64,000 bases of DNA from an uncultured Bdellovibrionales bacterium (GCA_964605525.1 CAZSCV010000001.1:82424-146423), one strand, 5' to 3'. Shown: positions 9,195 to 19,252, counted from the stretch's first letter. The notes: generated from the sequence alone by a model not told the origin. Program-made: numbers and translations.

Positions 9195-10337
9195 ATGAAA
9201 AAAAGGATATTTTCAGGAATACAGCCGAGTGGAAGTTTGCATATTGGGAATTATTTGGGGGCGATCAAGAATTGGGTCGAGCTTCAAAATGAGTATGAGT
9301 CGATTTTTTGCATTGTGGATTTGCACGCAATAACGGTTTTGCAGAATCCGGAATTACTTCGGAAAAGGACTATTGATATCGCTAAGATTTATTTGGCGGC
9401 AGGGATAGACGCGAAAAAATCGGCAATGTTTGTGCAATCGCATGTTCATCAGCACAGTGAATTGGCTTGGATTTTGAATACGATTACGAAAAACTCGGAT
9501 TTAACAAAAATGACACAATTTAAAGATAAAACAAATATTCAATTTGATTTTGAAACCGTGGCTGAAGGCTTAACAGTATTAGAAAAAGATTTTAAAAAAA
9601 ACAAAGAAATAAAGGAGCTGATGAGAAAACATGGATCTTTGGAATTTGCTAAAAAATTAACATCTATAATACAAAAACAATTTAAGGAAAAAACCTTGAT
9701 TCCATTTAATATGGCAAGTGTAGGACTTTTTGATTATCCGGTCCTCATGGCGGCGGATATTTTGTTGTATGATACACAAGTTGTGCCAGTGGGACAAGAT
9801 CAAGTTCAACACATTGAACTTACCAGAACATTAGCGCGAAGATTTAATAAAAGGTTTGGGGATGTGCTTGTTGTTCCTGATTACTTTTTAAAGGAAGAAA
9901 CCAAAATGATTATGGGACTTGATGATCCGACAAAAAAGATGAGTAAATCAGCAAGCTCCGAATACAATTATATTGCGCTTTTGGATGATCCGAAGGTAAT
10001 TGAGAAAAAAATCAAAAAAGCCGTGACCGGAAGCGGAAGCGAGGTGAAATATTCTGATGACGAGCCGGCGTTGAAAAATTTGATCAACATATACAGCGCT
10101 TTTTCCGGAAAATCTGCCAGCGAAATAGTTTCAGAATACAAAGGAAAAGGATATGCCGATTTCAAAGAAGGATTGACAAAAGTAGTTTTGGATTTTATTA
10201 TTCCTTTTCAGGAAAAATTCAAGGCAATTGACGACAAACAAATTTTGGATATTCTTCAAAAAGGCGCTGAAAAAGTTCAGCCATTGGCGAAGAAAAAAAT
10301 CGAGGAGGTAAAGAAAAAGGTCGGTTTCGTTATTTAA
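9195..10337 (+). CDS. trpS: Tryptophanyl-tRNA synthetase with internal insertion
   Basis: SGIQPSG, HIGN, YPVLMAADIL, VPVGQDQ, KMSKS. Confidence 0.96.
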   Translation: MKKRIFSGIQPSGSLHIGNYLGAIKNWVELQNEYESIFCIVDLHAITVLQNPELLRKRTIDIAKIYLAAGIDAKKSAMFVQSHVHQHSELAWILNTITKNSDLTKMTQFKDKTNIQFDFETVAEGLTVLEKDFKKNKEIKELMRKHGSLEFAKKLTSIIQKQFKEKTLIPFNMASVGLFDYPVLMAADILLYDTQVVPVGQDQVQHIELTRTLARRFNKRFGDVLVVPDYFLKEETKMIMGLDDPTKKMSKSASSEYNYIALLDDPKVIEKKIKKAVTGSGSEVKYSDDEPALKNLINIYSAFSGKSASEIVSEYKGKGYADFKEGLTKVVLDFIIPFQEKFKAIDDKQILDILQKGAEKVQPLAKKKIEEVKKKVGFVI

Positions 10338-10687
10338 CAACCGAAAAAATGGGAGGAAAAGATGACGATACGACAAAAAGCAGTTATTCTTGCGGTTGTT
10401 ATGACGGCGACGGTTTTTTGGGCAATTAATCATGTGCTGTACGGATAAAGATAAAGGAGGAAAATAATATGATGATGGGAAATGATTGTCATGAAGCTGG
10501 TTTGAATAAGTGTCTCAATAATTGTCGACGGGCAATTTTCTTTCTTTGCTGGATTTTGTCGATTCCAGCGAAAACAATGGCTTTTTTTCATAAACCGAAA
10601 AAGACCTCAAAGTGAGGCACGGACAATGATTCAGTGTGTTGACCCTGGGCTTTGAAGCTTGTAACTACAAGCTTGCTCAGGGCTTTT

Positions 10688-12058
10688 TTATTTTCGAATC
10701 AAATCAAGAAGTTCGTCGCGTTTTTCTTCCATTAATTCCTTGTTGTCGGCTTCGAGGTTGAGGCGCAATACTGGTTCGGTGTTGGACGGGCGGACGTTGA
10801 GCCACCATCTTTTTCCTGGCTGGTTGTCCCAAAAACTAATTTTTATTCCATCCAGTTCTCCGAGTTTTCCGTCTTTATAAATTTCTTTGATTTTTTCAAG
10901 GACTGCATCTTTGTCGGCCACTTCGCTGTTGATTTCTCCACTGTGGTAATATTTTTTCAATTTTTTTGTGAGGGAAGAAATTTTTTCTCCAGTTTCCGCC
11001 ATTAAATTAAGAAGATAAATTGCCGGAAGGGAACCGGCTTCGGCGGTGAAGTTTTCCTCAAAATAATAATGCCCGGAAAGTTCACCGGCAAAAATAGCCC
11101 CTTCTTCGCGCATTTGTTTTTTGATCAGGGCATGACCCACGCGACACTCAATGGCTTTTCCTCCGTTTTCCTCAATGATTTCTTTGACTGCCATTGATGA
11201 ACGCAGGTCGTATAGTATTGTTGCGCCGGGATTTTTTTCCAGGACTATTTCCGCAATGAGTCCCGTAATCAAATCCATAGGAATTATTTCTCCTTTTTCA
11301 TCCACAAAACCGAGACGGTCGCCGTCGCCGTCATAGGAAATTCCCAGGTCGGCTTTTTCTTCGAGAACTTTTTTTTGCAAAGCTTGTAATGTTTCCAGTT
11401 TCAATGGGTTGGCTTCATGATTAGGGAAACTTCCGTCAAATTCTTCAAAAATAGTTACTAGTTCAATGTTTTCCGGAAATTTTTTGTACAGATCTAATTC
11501 CAAAGCGCCCATTGCATTGGCAGTGTCGACAACGATTTTGAATTTCTTGTCACCAAGACTGAAAAAGGAAGAAAGTTTTTTTAGATATTGATCGCGGATG
11601 TCTTTTTCAATAAATTCTCCTTTGATTTCAGTTTCCGAAAAAATATTTTCTGCGACAATGTCGCGAATTTCGTGAAGACCGCTGTTTTCTCCAATTGGAA
11701 CGGCATTGAAGCGACAAAATTTCATTCCATTGTACTCAGCCGGATTGTGCGAAGCGGTGAGTATGATAGCGCCCTCCACGTCCAGTGTTCCGCTGGCAAA
11801 ATATACCATCGGAGTAGTGCAAAGACCCATATCATATACATCTGCTCCTTCATCAATAATTCCTTTTTTTAATTCTTCAAAAAGTGCCGGGCTGGATTGG
11901 CGGATATCTCTTCCGACGGCAACTTTTTTGGCGCCAAGGAAACGAGCAAAAGCTCGTCCTATTTTGTAGGTTATTTCTTCATTGATTTGATCGGGATATG
12001 TTCCGCGTACGTCATAGGCCTTGAATATTTTCATTGTTTCATTGTCAGATTGGTTCAT
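10688..12058 (-). CDS. Phosphomannomutase/phosphoglucomutase
   Basis: FKAYDVRG, TASHNP, DGDGDR, GELSGH, RPSNTEP; start may be 12034. Confidence 0.93.
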   Translation of the reverse strand: MNQSDNETMKIFKAYDVRGTYPDQINEEITYKIGRAFARFLGAKKVAVGRDIRQSSPALFEELKKGIIDEGADVYDMGLCTTPMVYFASGTLDVEGAIILTASHNPAEYNGMKFCRFNAVPIGENSGLHEIRDIVAENIFSETEIKGEFIEKDIRDQYLKKLSSFFSLGDKKFKIVVDTANAMGALELDLYKKFPENIELVTIFEEFDGSFPNHEANPLKLETLQALQKKVLEEKADLGISYDGDGDRLGFVDEKGEIIPMDLITGLIAEIVLEKNPGATILYDLRSSMAVKEIIEENGGKAIECRVGHALIKKQMREEGAIFAGELSGHYYFEENFTAEAGSLPAIYLLNLMAETGEKISSLTKKLKKYYHSGEINSEVADKDAVLEKIKEIYKDGKLGELDGIKISFWDNQPGKRWWLNVRPSNTEPVLRLNLEADNKELMEEKRDELLDLIRK

Positions 12059-12200
12059 TGTTTTTATTGTTAAAATTATTAGGATGACTGTATTTTAACA
12101 TATTTTGGATAAATAAATAAACACAAAACCGCACAGGGTTGTGCGGCGGGTGTTTTTATTTTGGGTTTACATCTCAAAAGAGAGAAATGTTGCAGACGGA

Positions 12201-12458
12201 TTACATTGATGGCATACTTATGTTTCCGGCTTTCATTTCTTTTTGCATTTTCTTTTGAATGTTGAGCATAGCGGTGTTGATGGATTTGAGCATATTTTTT
12301 TCCAAATCTTTGGACTCTCTGGCTTGCGGGCTAATTTGAACACTCACGACTTGCATTGCGCCGTTGACGGTGATTTTGATTCCTTTATAATCTTCAGAGG
12401 AAGTCATTCCTTCCAAAAGTTTTTTCATTTGATACATCTGCTTCATTTTGTCGAACAT
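12201..12458 (-). CDS. YbaB/EbfC-family nucleoid-associated protein
   Basis: Met/Gln-rich N-terminus, IKITVNGAMQVVSVQI, LE..INTA pattern. Confidence 0.8.
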   Translation of the reverse strand: MFDKMKQMYQMKKLLEGMTSSEDYKGIKITVNGAMQVVSVQISPQARESKDLEKNMLKSINTAMLNIQKKMQKEMKAGNISMPSM

Positions 12459-12493
12459 ACGGGGTTAATTTTCAATGCTTAATTTTTAATTTT

Positions 12494-12523
12494 TCCGCCC
12501 AAGGCGGACCAGCCTTGGGCTGG
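12494..12523 (-). repeat. 30-bp twin-hairpin micro-element
   Basis: TCCGCC-CAA-GGCGGA CCAGCC-TTG-GGCTGG flanked by AATTTT../AAACAATTT. Confidence 0.9.
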
Positions 12524-12912
12524 CAAACAATTTACAATGAATAAATTTTTTAAATGAAAAAATAAAAAATGAGATTGAAATATGTATTAAGTGTTATGGT
12601 TATAATAATACATTGACAAGTTTTGATTTGCAAGGGAAAATCTATAAGTACTGTATATTTAATTTATTTTGACGAATTCAGCTGAAATTATTTGTATATT
12701 TGTAGCTGATTTGTAATTTTGTAAAAATATGAAAATTGGCATAAAGCAAGCACTACCAGACATTCTACTTGCAACACTTCTGAAAAAATCATACCTTTTG
12801 CCTTTACTATAAAACTGCCATCGCCTCAATATGAGAGGCTAATAACAGCTCGCAATTCGCAGGGGAGAATTATTCATTCTACCCCGATTTAATTATTAAA
12901 AAAAGTAAACAT

Positions 12913-13350
12913 ATGAGTTATAACTACACAAAAAAAGAAGATGGTAAAAATAATACTGGCAGACCAAAAAAGTTCCTTTATCCAAAGGAGCTAGAAAAGA
13001 AAGGGATGGAATACATTGAAGATTGTCGGACTAATAAGAAGCCCATCACTATTACAGGGCTTTGTTTGTGGCTTGGGACTACAAGAGATACGCTAATGGA
13101 TTATCAGAGAAAAGAAGAGTTTTCCGACACGATAAAAAGACTTAAACTTTATGCTGAAAATTATGCTGAGGAATACTTATACAATCCTAACGGGCGGGCG
13201 GTTGTTGGGGCTATTTTTGCCCTTAAAAACTTCGGGTGGAGCGACAAATTGGAACTTGAAACAAGCCAGAAAACATCTGGAGCAATGACAGCCGAAGAAA
13301 GAGCTGAGGCACAGGAAAGATTAAGAAATTTCAGCGAAAAGATTTGCTAG
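12913..13350 (+). CDS. Terminase small subunit-like (P22 gp3 DNA-packaging type)
   Basis: GRPKKF..ELE, PITITGLCLWLG..TLMDY, GAIFALKNFGWSDK. Confidence 0.75.
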   Translation: MSYNYTKKEDGKNNTGRPKKFLYPKELEKKGMEYIEDCRTNKKPITITGLCLWLGTTRDTLMDYQRKEEFSDTIKRLKLYAENYAEEYLYNPNGRAVVGAIFALKNFGWSDKLELETSQKTSGAMTAEERAEAQERLRNFSEKIC

Positions 13351-13448
13351 GGGTATACCATGCCCCCATGGGGGCTTAACTGACATAATCAAGTAGTACC
13401 TTACTTGTATCACGCCAAAAACAAAAAGGCTTAAATTTTCACAGTCTG

Positions 13449-15005
13449 CTAGTTGATTAAAGAAAAAGTAGCTATGGATTTATCCACAAGAGATTTATCA
13501 TAATTAGTATTGTTTCCTTTTTCATAGCTTCCAATGATTGTGTAAATTTTCCCTTTATTAACAAAGTAATAAAAAGTCTGGCTAAGTCCACCCATCTTGC
13601 CATCGGTTTTTTGGACAGACGAAGCAACTGTATAATATGCAGATTTTTTATTTCCTATATAAGTTAATCCTTTTTCAATCAATGCGAAGCTGGTAAATTT
13701 TTTCAATCTTTCATCAATTGTTGCATTAAGAAACTTATTGGCATAATCATTGGATGGGTCACTTAAATTAAGTGATGAAAGCTCGCTTTTATCTTTTCCA
13801 AAGAAATATTCATCCACTGGATAACCTCCTAAATTTCTGCCTATTTGAACAGTCACGGCAGTCATGAGGTCTTTTTTTGCTGCTTTTCCAAAATACTGTT
13901 CCGAAGAAGCATCGCTCACTTGCCAATCTCTGGGGAATTTTATACTAAATCCATATTCATCATTGTTATATAATTCACCATCAAAGCCTTTCTTGAACAA
14001 CTTAGCTATGTCTTCCAGTGGCTGAATCAATCCTAAATTTTCAAAATTGCCTCTACTTACCCATGTTGGAATACCTGCAAGACAAATCTTATTATCAATT
14101 TTGGAAACAGCAAGACCACCAGAATTTCCAGAATCTATTTTGGCATCAGTATAGTAGTTGCCATTACCGTCAATCCCACTAACAATTCCAGATGTGACAA
14201 TTAAATTATGTTCTTCTTTGTATGTATCCATTTTAAGTGCGGATGCTGGGTATCCAAAAACATATACCTTACTACCGACCATTTTATCTTTGGAACAAAT
14301 TGGATAATTTTTTAATACCCTGTCTTTTAAATTTTCATCGCTAAAACTCGGTCGCCCCTCTTGTTTTTTACCTCCAATTTCTTCTGCGTATTTTAAAAGT
14401 GCAACATCAAATCTACCATCCAAAAATTGAGTACCTTGATTGTAAGAATATGTTCCTAGTGCTTCTTTACCACTAAACGAAACTACGCAACTGTTTAAAT
14501 CAATACCGCTAGAGGGCACCTCTTTTAATTCGGCAACATGTCCGTTAGTCAACACATTTGTTTTTTTATAACTGAAATTTTTTTCATCAAAGGGCTTTTC
14601 TTCAAAGATGGCCTCGTCAAAAAGAGTTCCAGAGCCAAAGAGTGCACCTGTTGGATTTGTTGCTGTTCTTTCTTTTCCGAAACAAAGCAATAATACTAAG
14701 GATTTAGATATTTCATTTATATCTTGACTGTTAAGTTCGCCACTTTGAATATTGGATGAATCATCGGATGTCTTCTTAATATCGGATTGATTTTTGATAA
14801 AATAAAGCATGCCCACTACAATTAAACTAAGCACAAAAAACATCACCAATAACCAAATTATTTTTTTCAAACCATTGTTGTTTTTTCGCAAAAGCTGTTC
14901 AGCTGAATAGTTGGATTTATTTGTAGAAATTAAATCACTTTTACAATGCTTGCATTTGTTTGCTTCGTCTTGAATTTCTTCAAAACAATATGGACATTTT
15001 TTCAT
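13449..15005 (-). CDS. Zinc-ribbon + TM + trypsin-like serine protease + PsbP-like surface protein
   Basis: CPYC..CKHC, TM helix, TNGHV / D / GNSGG triad, YGFSIKFPRDW. Confidence 0.8.
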   Translation of the reverse strand: MKKCPYCFEEIQDEANKCKHCKSDLISTNKSNYSAEQLLRKNNNGLKKIIWLLVMFFVLSLIVVGMLYFIKNQSDIKKTSDDSSNIQSGELNSQDINEISKSLVLLLCFGKERTATNPTGALFGSGTLFDEAIFEEKPFDEKNFSYKKTNVLTNGHVAELKEVPSSGIDLNSCVVSFSGKEALGTYSYNQGTQFLDGRFDVALLKYAEEIGGKKQEGRPSFSDENLKDRVLKNYPICSKDKMVGSKVYVFGYPASALKMDTYKEEHNLIVTSGIVSGIDGNGNYYTDAKIDSGNSGGLAVSKIDNKICLAGIPTWVSRGNFENLGLIQPLEDIAKLFKKGFDGELYNNDEYGFSIKFPRDWQVSDASSEQYFGKAAKKDLMTAVTVQIGRNLGGYPVDEYFFGKDKSELSSLNLSDPSNDYANKFLNATIDERLKKFTSFALIEKGLTYIGNKKSAYYTVASSVQKTDGKMGGLSQTFYYFVNKGKIYTIIGSYEKGNNTNYDKSLVDKSIATFSLIN

Positions 15006-15036
15006 AATTTTATTTTGATTTATTAAAACGAATGCT

Positions 15037-16092
15037 TTACGGAATAAAAATCGTAATAGCTTTTGAGCCATCACCCTTATTCTTATCAAAAATAAGTTCA
15101 TTCCCTTTACTATCTGTCATTTTTCTAACCACAAAAGAATACACGGCCTCACCGTTTCTTTCTTGAAGAACCGCATCTTCTGCTACTGTTTCGCAATCAA
15201 AAGAATAATCAATAGTGCCATCCTTGTCGGTGGTTTTAGTTTTTAATATTTTATCTGAATCGTCTGAATGGCTAATTGCTCCACGCATTAACTCCCAATC
15301 AAGCTCTTCAATATCTCCATAAGGGCTGTATGTATTGGCACTTGCTTTTATTGTTTTTCCACAAGCATATTTATTTGCTTCAGCTTCTGGTGTGGTATCT
15401 AAAGAAATTAGTAATCTTGGTTCTCCAATATAATGTATAAAATATCCATTGGTTTTATCTTTTTTACCATTGCTACTAGTGACTGTTAGAATGACATTGA
15501 AATTACTGAATGAATTTGTATTGTAGGTGTTGGTTACTTTTTTTCCTGTTCCGACTTTGCCATCGCCAAAATCCCAATCATAAGAAATAATATCCCCACC
15601 TGAATTACTAGCATCAAAACTTACAGTGTCTCCCTTAAATACTTGTGTTGTGTAGGTATAGATTTTTGTATTTCTAAATCCAGTTGCTGTAAAATATGCA
15701 TTTGGCGAAGAATCATCAATAACTTCTTGCACGTCAGCATCTTCTTGGTTGTTTTGTGATGAATCGGAATTATCGGATGAATTATTATCTTCTGATTTTT
15801 TATCATCCTTCTTGTTATTAGTTTTCTTCTTTGATGATTTACTATCAGATTTGTTTTGAGTTTCTTCCTTATTTTCCACCACGGTATTTTCTTCAGTGGT
15901 TTGCTGTGTATTTTGAGGAGTTTCAATTGTTTGTGTGTTTTCCGTTTCAATGCCTGCCACTTCTTGCTCCGATGAATTATCTTCAGTTTGTGAATCTTTT
16001 TGAATGTCATTTTTTGAACAACCAGCTAAAACAAAAACAGCCAGAAAAAGCGTTGGGATTAAAATTAGATTTGGCCTTATCTTTAATTTCAT
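15037..16092 (-). CDS. PKD-domain lipoprotein
   Basis: Lipobox LAGC, acidic low-complexity linker, FDASNS..YDWDFGDG PKD motif. Confidence 0.8.
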   Translation of the reverse strand: MKLKIRPNLILIPTLFLAVFVLAGCSKNDIQKDSQTEDNSSEQEVAGIETENTQTIETPQNTQQTTEENTVVENKEETQNKSDSKSSKKKTNNKKDDKKSEDNNSSDNSDSSQNNQEDADVQEVIDDSSPNAYFTATGFRNTKIYTYTTQVFKGDTVSFDASNSGGDIISYDWDFGDGKVGTGKKVTNTYNTNSFSNFNVILTVTSSNGKKDKTNGYFIHYIGEPRLLISLDTTPEAEANKYACGKTIKASANTYSPYGDIEELDWELMRGAISHSDDSDKILKTKTTDKDGTIDYSFDCETVAEDAVLQERNGEAVYSFVVRKMTDSKGNELIFDKNKGDGSKAITIFIP

Positions 16093-16120
16093 TTAGGTGA
16101 ATTTGAAATAATTTGGAAAT

Positions 16121-16252
16121 AAAAAAGGCAACCCTACTGGTTGCAACGCCCAATTAGACAGGTTATGCCCAATTGTTTTAAGTAGGATTGCCCTTTTTAG
16201 GCACAACCCTACCTCCACCTTAAAGGCAGAGCCTATTTAATTGGACGTTGCA
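16121..16252 (-). promoter_or_regulatory. Structured attenuator-like leader
   Basis: TGCAACGTCCAATTA/TAATTGGGCGTTGCA stem, mutually exclusive with GGCAATCCTAC/GTAGGGTTGCC-T6 terminator. Confidence 0.55.
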
Positions 16253-16349
16253 TGTTTAATCTAGCATTAAATGCCCAAAAAAACAAGCTTTTGGCTTGAT
16301 TTTGGGCATTTTTTGAGATAAAATAAAGGAAATTAAGATTAAAATTACT

Positions 16350-17081
16350 ATGAACACATCAATATTTGACGACATGAGAGAGGAAGCAAGAAGAGAACTC
16401 AGAGAGAAGGAGGAAATGAGAGAAAATATAAGAATAAAGAAAATTCAGGCAGTTGGAGGAAATCAATTAAACTATGCCGTTCAGGAAATAATCAAAAAAA
16501 CAATTTTAAACAAAGAATCTTTTCAAATAGAGCTTCTTGATTTAGGTTTTTCTGAAACAATGGATGGCATAGGAGACGCAACAAAACTTCTGAACATATT
16601 AAAAGATAATAAGTGTATTGGAAACTTTAGCAACTTAAGCAATCGTGGATTTCAAATAGAAAAACCAGATAAGCATAGATTAGAAATCTATAATGAATAT
16701 TTAAATGGAACTAAAAAAAATCTAGGTCATGTTAAAGAAGGCATTAAGCCTAAATCATTGTTTGCAAAAGATTTAAGCTCCGAAATGGAAGTGGGAAATT
16801 TGACGGCTTATAGCGATGGAACAATACGATATAAAAAAGAAATTATCCCTTTAAGAAATCAACTAAAAGACCTTTGCAGGCTATTTATGCAAAATCCGAA
16901 GAGATTAATTACTGTTGATGATATAAAAGAAGCAATAATACATGCAGATAAAAGGAAAAGTACTTCACACACAACTATATCTAAATATGTTAGCGAGCTT
17001 CATAATTCATTGAAAATTCATTTTCAAAAAGATGTAATTTTCAATCAATACGAGGAAGGATGGTATTTTGATATAAAATAG
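16350..17081 (+). CDS. Protein with C-terminal OmpR-like winged-helix domain
   Basis: LCRLFMQNPKRLIT.DDI..TISKYVSELHNSL..EEGWYF. Confidence 0.7.
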   Translation: MNTSIFDDMREEARRELREKEEMRENIRIKKIQAVGGNQLNYAVQEIIKKTILNKESFQIELLDLGFSETMDGIGDATKLLNILKDNKCIGNFSNLSNRGFQIEKPDKHRLEIYNEYLNGTKKNLGHVKEGIKPKSLFAKDLSSEMEVGNLTAYSDGTIRYKKEIIPLRNQLKDLCRLFMQNPKRLITVDDIKEAIIHADKRKSTSHTTISKYVSELHNSLKIHFQKDVIFNQYEEGWYFDIK

Positions 17082-17169
17082 AGAGCAAGAAATTGATTTA
17101 AAATTGAATATTGAATGAAAGCACCCATTTAAAATAAGGGTGCTTTTTGATTATTAAAATTTAAACTCC

Positions 17170-17391
17170 ATGAAGAAAATAAAAGATTTAAATCAGGCAA
17201 GTTTTCTGAAGCTTAGAAAACTTAAATTACACGGCCAACCAGAATGGATTGGCGATGTTGCCTATTTTGTTTTTGAAGACGATGGCCGAGCTAACCAGCT
17301 AATTGAAGCCTATATCAATGGCGAAGCTATTGGCAATCTAAAGGAATTTGCAGAAGCACAAAAAACTTTAAAGCAGATGTTATTTAAATAA
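17170..17391 (+). CDS. Small phage-like protein (DUF5659-like)
   Basis: KDLNQASFL..YFVFED..LIEAY..F.EA.K.LK pattern. Confidence 0.55.
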   Translation: MKKIKDLNQASFLKLRKLKLHGQPEWIGDVAYFVFEDDGRANQLIEAYINGEAIGNLKEFAEAQKTLKQMLFK

Positions 17392-17415
17392 TTCTTAAAA
17401 ATTTATATTAAAAAA

Positions 17416-17703
17416 ATGAGCAACAACACACTATCGGGCGAATTGTCCGAAAAAATTAGAAGCATGGCAAACAAAAGTTATGGCCTTGGCAGAATCTTCA
17501 ATCATTTGAGAAAACTAAAATCATGTGAGCAGATTAGCGATTTAGGGATTTTCAGACTTGCACTTTGCGAATTAAAAAATTCGGAAAGATTGCCATCTAA
17601 AAATAAAATCAGATACCACTTTAGAAATAAAGTTAGCAAGGCAGATTGGGAGGGAACGTCAAAAAATGAAGTTCTTGAGGACTTATATAATCCGACCCGT
17701 TAA
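17416..17703 (+). CDS. Hypothetical protein
   Basis: ATG-start ORF in the element's operon. Confidence 0.6.
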   Translation: MSNNTLSGELSEKIRSMANKSYGLGRIFNHLRKLKSCEQISDLGIFRLALCELKNSERLPSKNKIRYHFRNKVSKADWEGTSKNEVLEDLYNPTR

Positions 17704-17813
17704 TATGTGAACTTTTTGAAACAATTATTGAGCCATGAAGGGCATTAGCCAATGAGCTACACATAGTTGCTCAACAAAGCAGAAAATCATTATTTATATT
17801 TAAATTTATCGGC

Positions 17814-18839
17814 ATGTCTACACTGGATGATTATAAAATCTATATTCACAGGGAACGTGGCTTTGTCTATCTCCCATTGTTCGCAAACATGAAATCTTCG
17901 GAAGTGCTTGACCTTAGAATTGAAGGCTTTTGTTTCATCCCAAACAAGCAACTAGGAACTGATAAATTTGGGCGAAAAATATCTATCTGTACAGCTGAAG
18001 GAGAAGTTTTTGCTGGCATAAATTTAACAAATGGAAAAGTGTTTTTTGATACGACAATGGGATTGCAAAAAATGCTCAATAAATTAATTGATTCGCTGAC
18101 AAAAGCTGGATACAAAATTAATAATCCAGAGGCTAAGCATGGATATGTTGAAATATGTGCCAGATTCCCACGAGAAATGGTTGGTAAATCCTACGTGTTA
18201 CTTAAAAAAATAAGTATTATATTCCGAACTAAAAAAACCAACACAATCAGAAAAAGGCATGATTCATTGGATTGTGATTGGCTTTATCTCGTCAAGAATA
18301 TTTTATTTGGAAAATACATTGTCAATGTAAAAGTATACCTTGCTGTTAAGTATGCCAAGAACAAATGCGACAACAATCGGATTATTGGATTTGATAATGC
18401 TCGTTTACCAAAAATAGAAGTGCAAATAACAAAACCAAAAAACATACACATTGCTAAAAATGAAGCAATCCCGATTATTATTGCATTTTTAAAAACGCTT
18501 GGTTGTTCAGGCAACGAAATGATTGAGGAAGATTATGAGAAAGTAAGGTTTGCGGAAAAAAATGCAGAAGGTTACCAGCAGATATTTCTTCAATTTAATA
18601 AATTTGAGAACAAGCAAGAAAGAGTTTTTGTAGACAAGAAAAATATCACTGAAAGAGGCATTAAAATTACGCAACTATTATATGAAAAACCACGCAGTGT
18701 AAAGGAAATTAAAAATATACTCAAGGTTAGTGAGAACACTATAAGAATAGAACTAAGCAAGCTAATAAAAGAAAAAATAATTTATTCCAGAGGCCGAAAA
18801 GGAGTGCAAATAATGTATGCGGTTAGATTGCAACCTTAA
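17814..18839 (+). CDS. Putative replication/regulatory protein with C-terminal wHTH
   Basis: C-terminal SVKEIKNILKVSENTIRIELSKL HTH; a Rep role is inferred from position only. Confidence 0.5.
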   Translation: MSTLDDYKIYIHRERGFVYLPLFANMKSSEVLDLRIEGFCFIPNKQLGTDKFGRKISICTAEGEVFAGINLTNGKVFFDTTMGLQKMLNKLIDSLTKAGYKINNPEAKHGYVEICARFPREMVGKSYVLLKKISIIFRTKKTNTIRKRHDSLDCDWLYLVKNILFGKYIVNVKVYLAVKYAKNKCDNNRIIGFDNARLPKIEVQITKPKNIHIAKNEAIPIIIAFLKTLGCSGNEMIEEDYEKVRFAEKNAEGYQQIFLQFNKFENKQERVFVDKKNITERGIKITQLLYEKPRSVKEIKNILKVSENTIRIELSKLIKEKIIYSRGRKGVQIMYAVRLQP

Positions 18840-18871
18840 TGGCATAACAGACCCCCATAAAGTTTACCAAG

Positions 18872-19057
18872 ATGATTAGCGAGGAAAAACTGGAAAATTT
18901 GAAAGGTATGACTTCAACCAAGACTAGAAAACGAAGTCAGCCTACGATAAGCTACCAGCTTGCCGAAAATGAAGGCGGGTCGCTTGGTAATGCTTTTGAT
19001 ATTTTGTTTGAAGAAACTTTAAGGCAAAATAATGATTTGACAACTAATGACAATTAG
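18872..19057 (+). CDS. Small hypothetical protein
   Basis: LGNAFDILFEE motif immediately before xis-int; start may be the later ATG. Confidence 0.45.
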   Translation: MISEEKLENLKGMTSTKTRKRSQPTISYQLAENEGGSLGNAFDILFEETLRQNNDLTTNDN

Positions 19058-19066
19058 GAATATAAT
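19037..19066 (+). promoter_or_regulatory. Promoter of xis-int operon (probably leaderless mRNA)
   Basis: TTGACA-18bp-TATAAT with ATG 7 nt downstream. Confidence 0.6.
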
Positions 19067-19072
19067 AAATGT

Positions 19073-19252
19073 ATGGAATTTCTCACACTAGAACAAGTAG
19101 CTGAATACTTCGGAGTTCATCCCCGCACCGTGATGCGTTGGCTTAAACAAGGCATACTTAAAGGCTATAAATTGGGCAAAGGCAAAACGGCTTTGCTTCG
19201 TATTCCAAAATCCGAGGTCAAAAAATTTTTAGATAAACATAAAATCAAATGA
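19073..19252 (+). CDS. HTH excisionase / recombination directionality factor (59 aa, absent from ORF track)
   Basis: MEFLTLEQVAEYFGVHPRTVMRWLKQGILKGYKLG..LRIPKSEV; ATGA overlap with recombinase. Confidence 0.85.
   Translation: MEFLTLEQVAEYFGVHPRTVMRWLKQGILKGYKLGKGKTALLRIPKSEVKKFLDKHKIK

Noticed and set aside
9531-9713. Intein in trpS (also checked gyrA and recG)
   Set aside because: No N-terminal Cys/Ser plus C-terminal His-Asn splice motifs; too short
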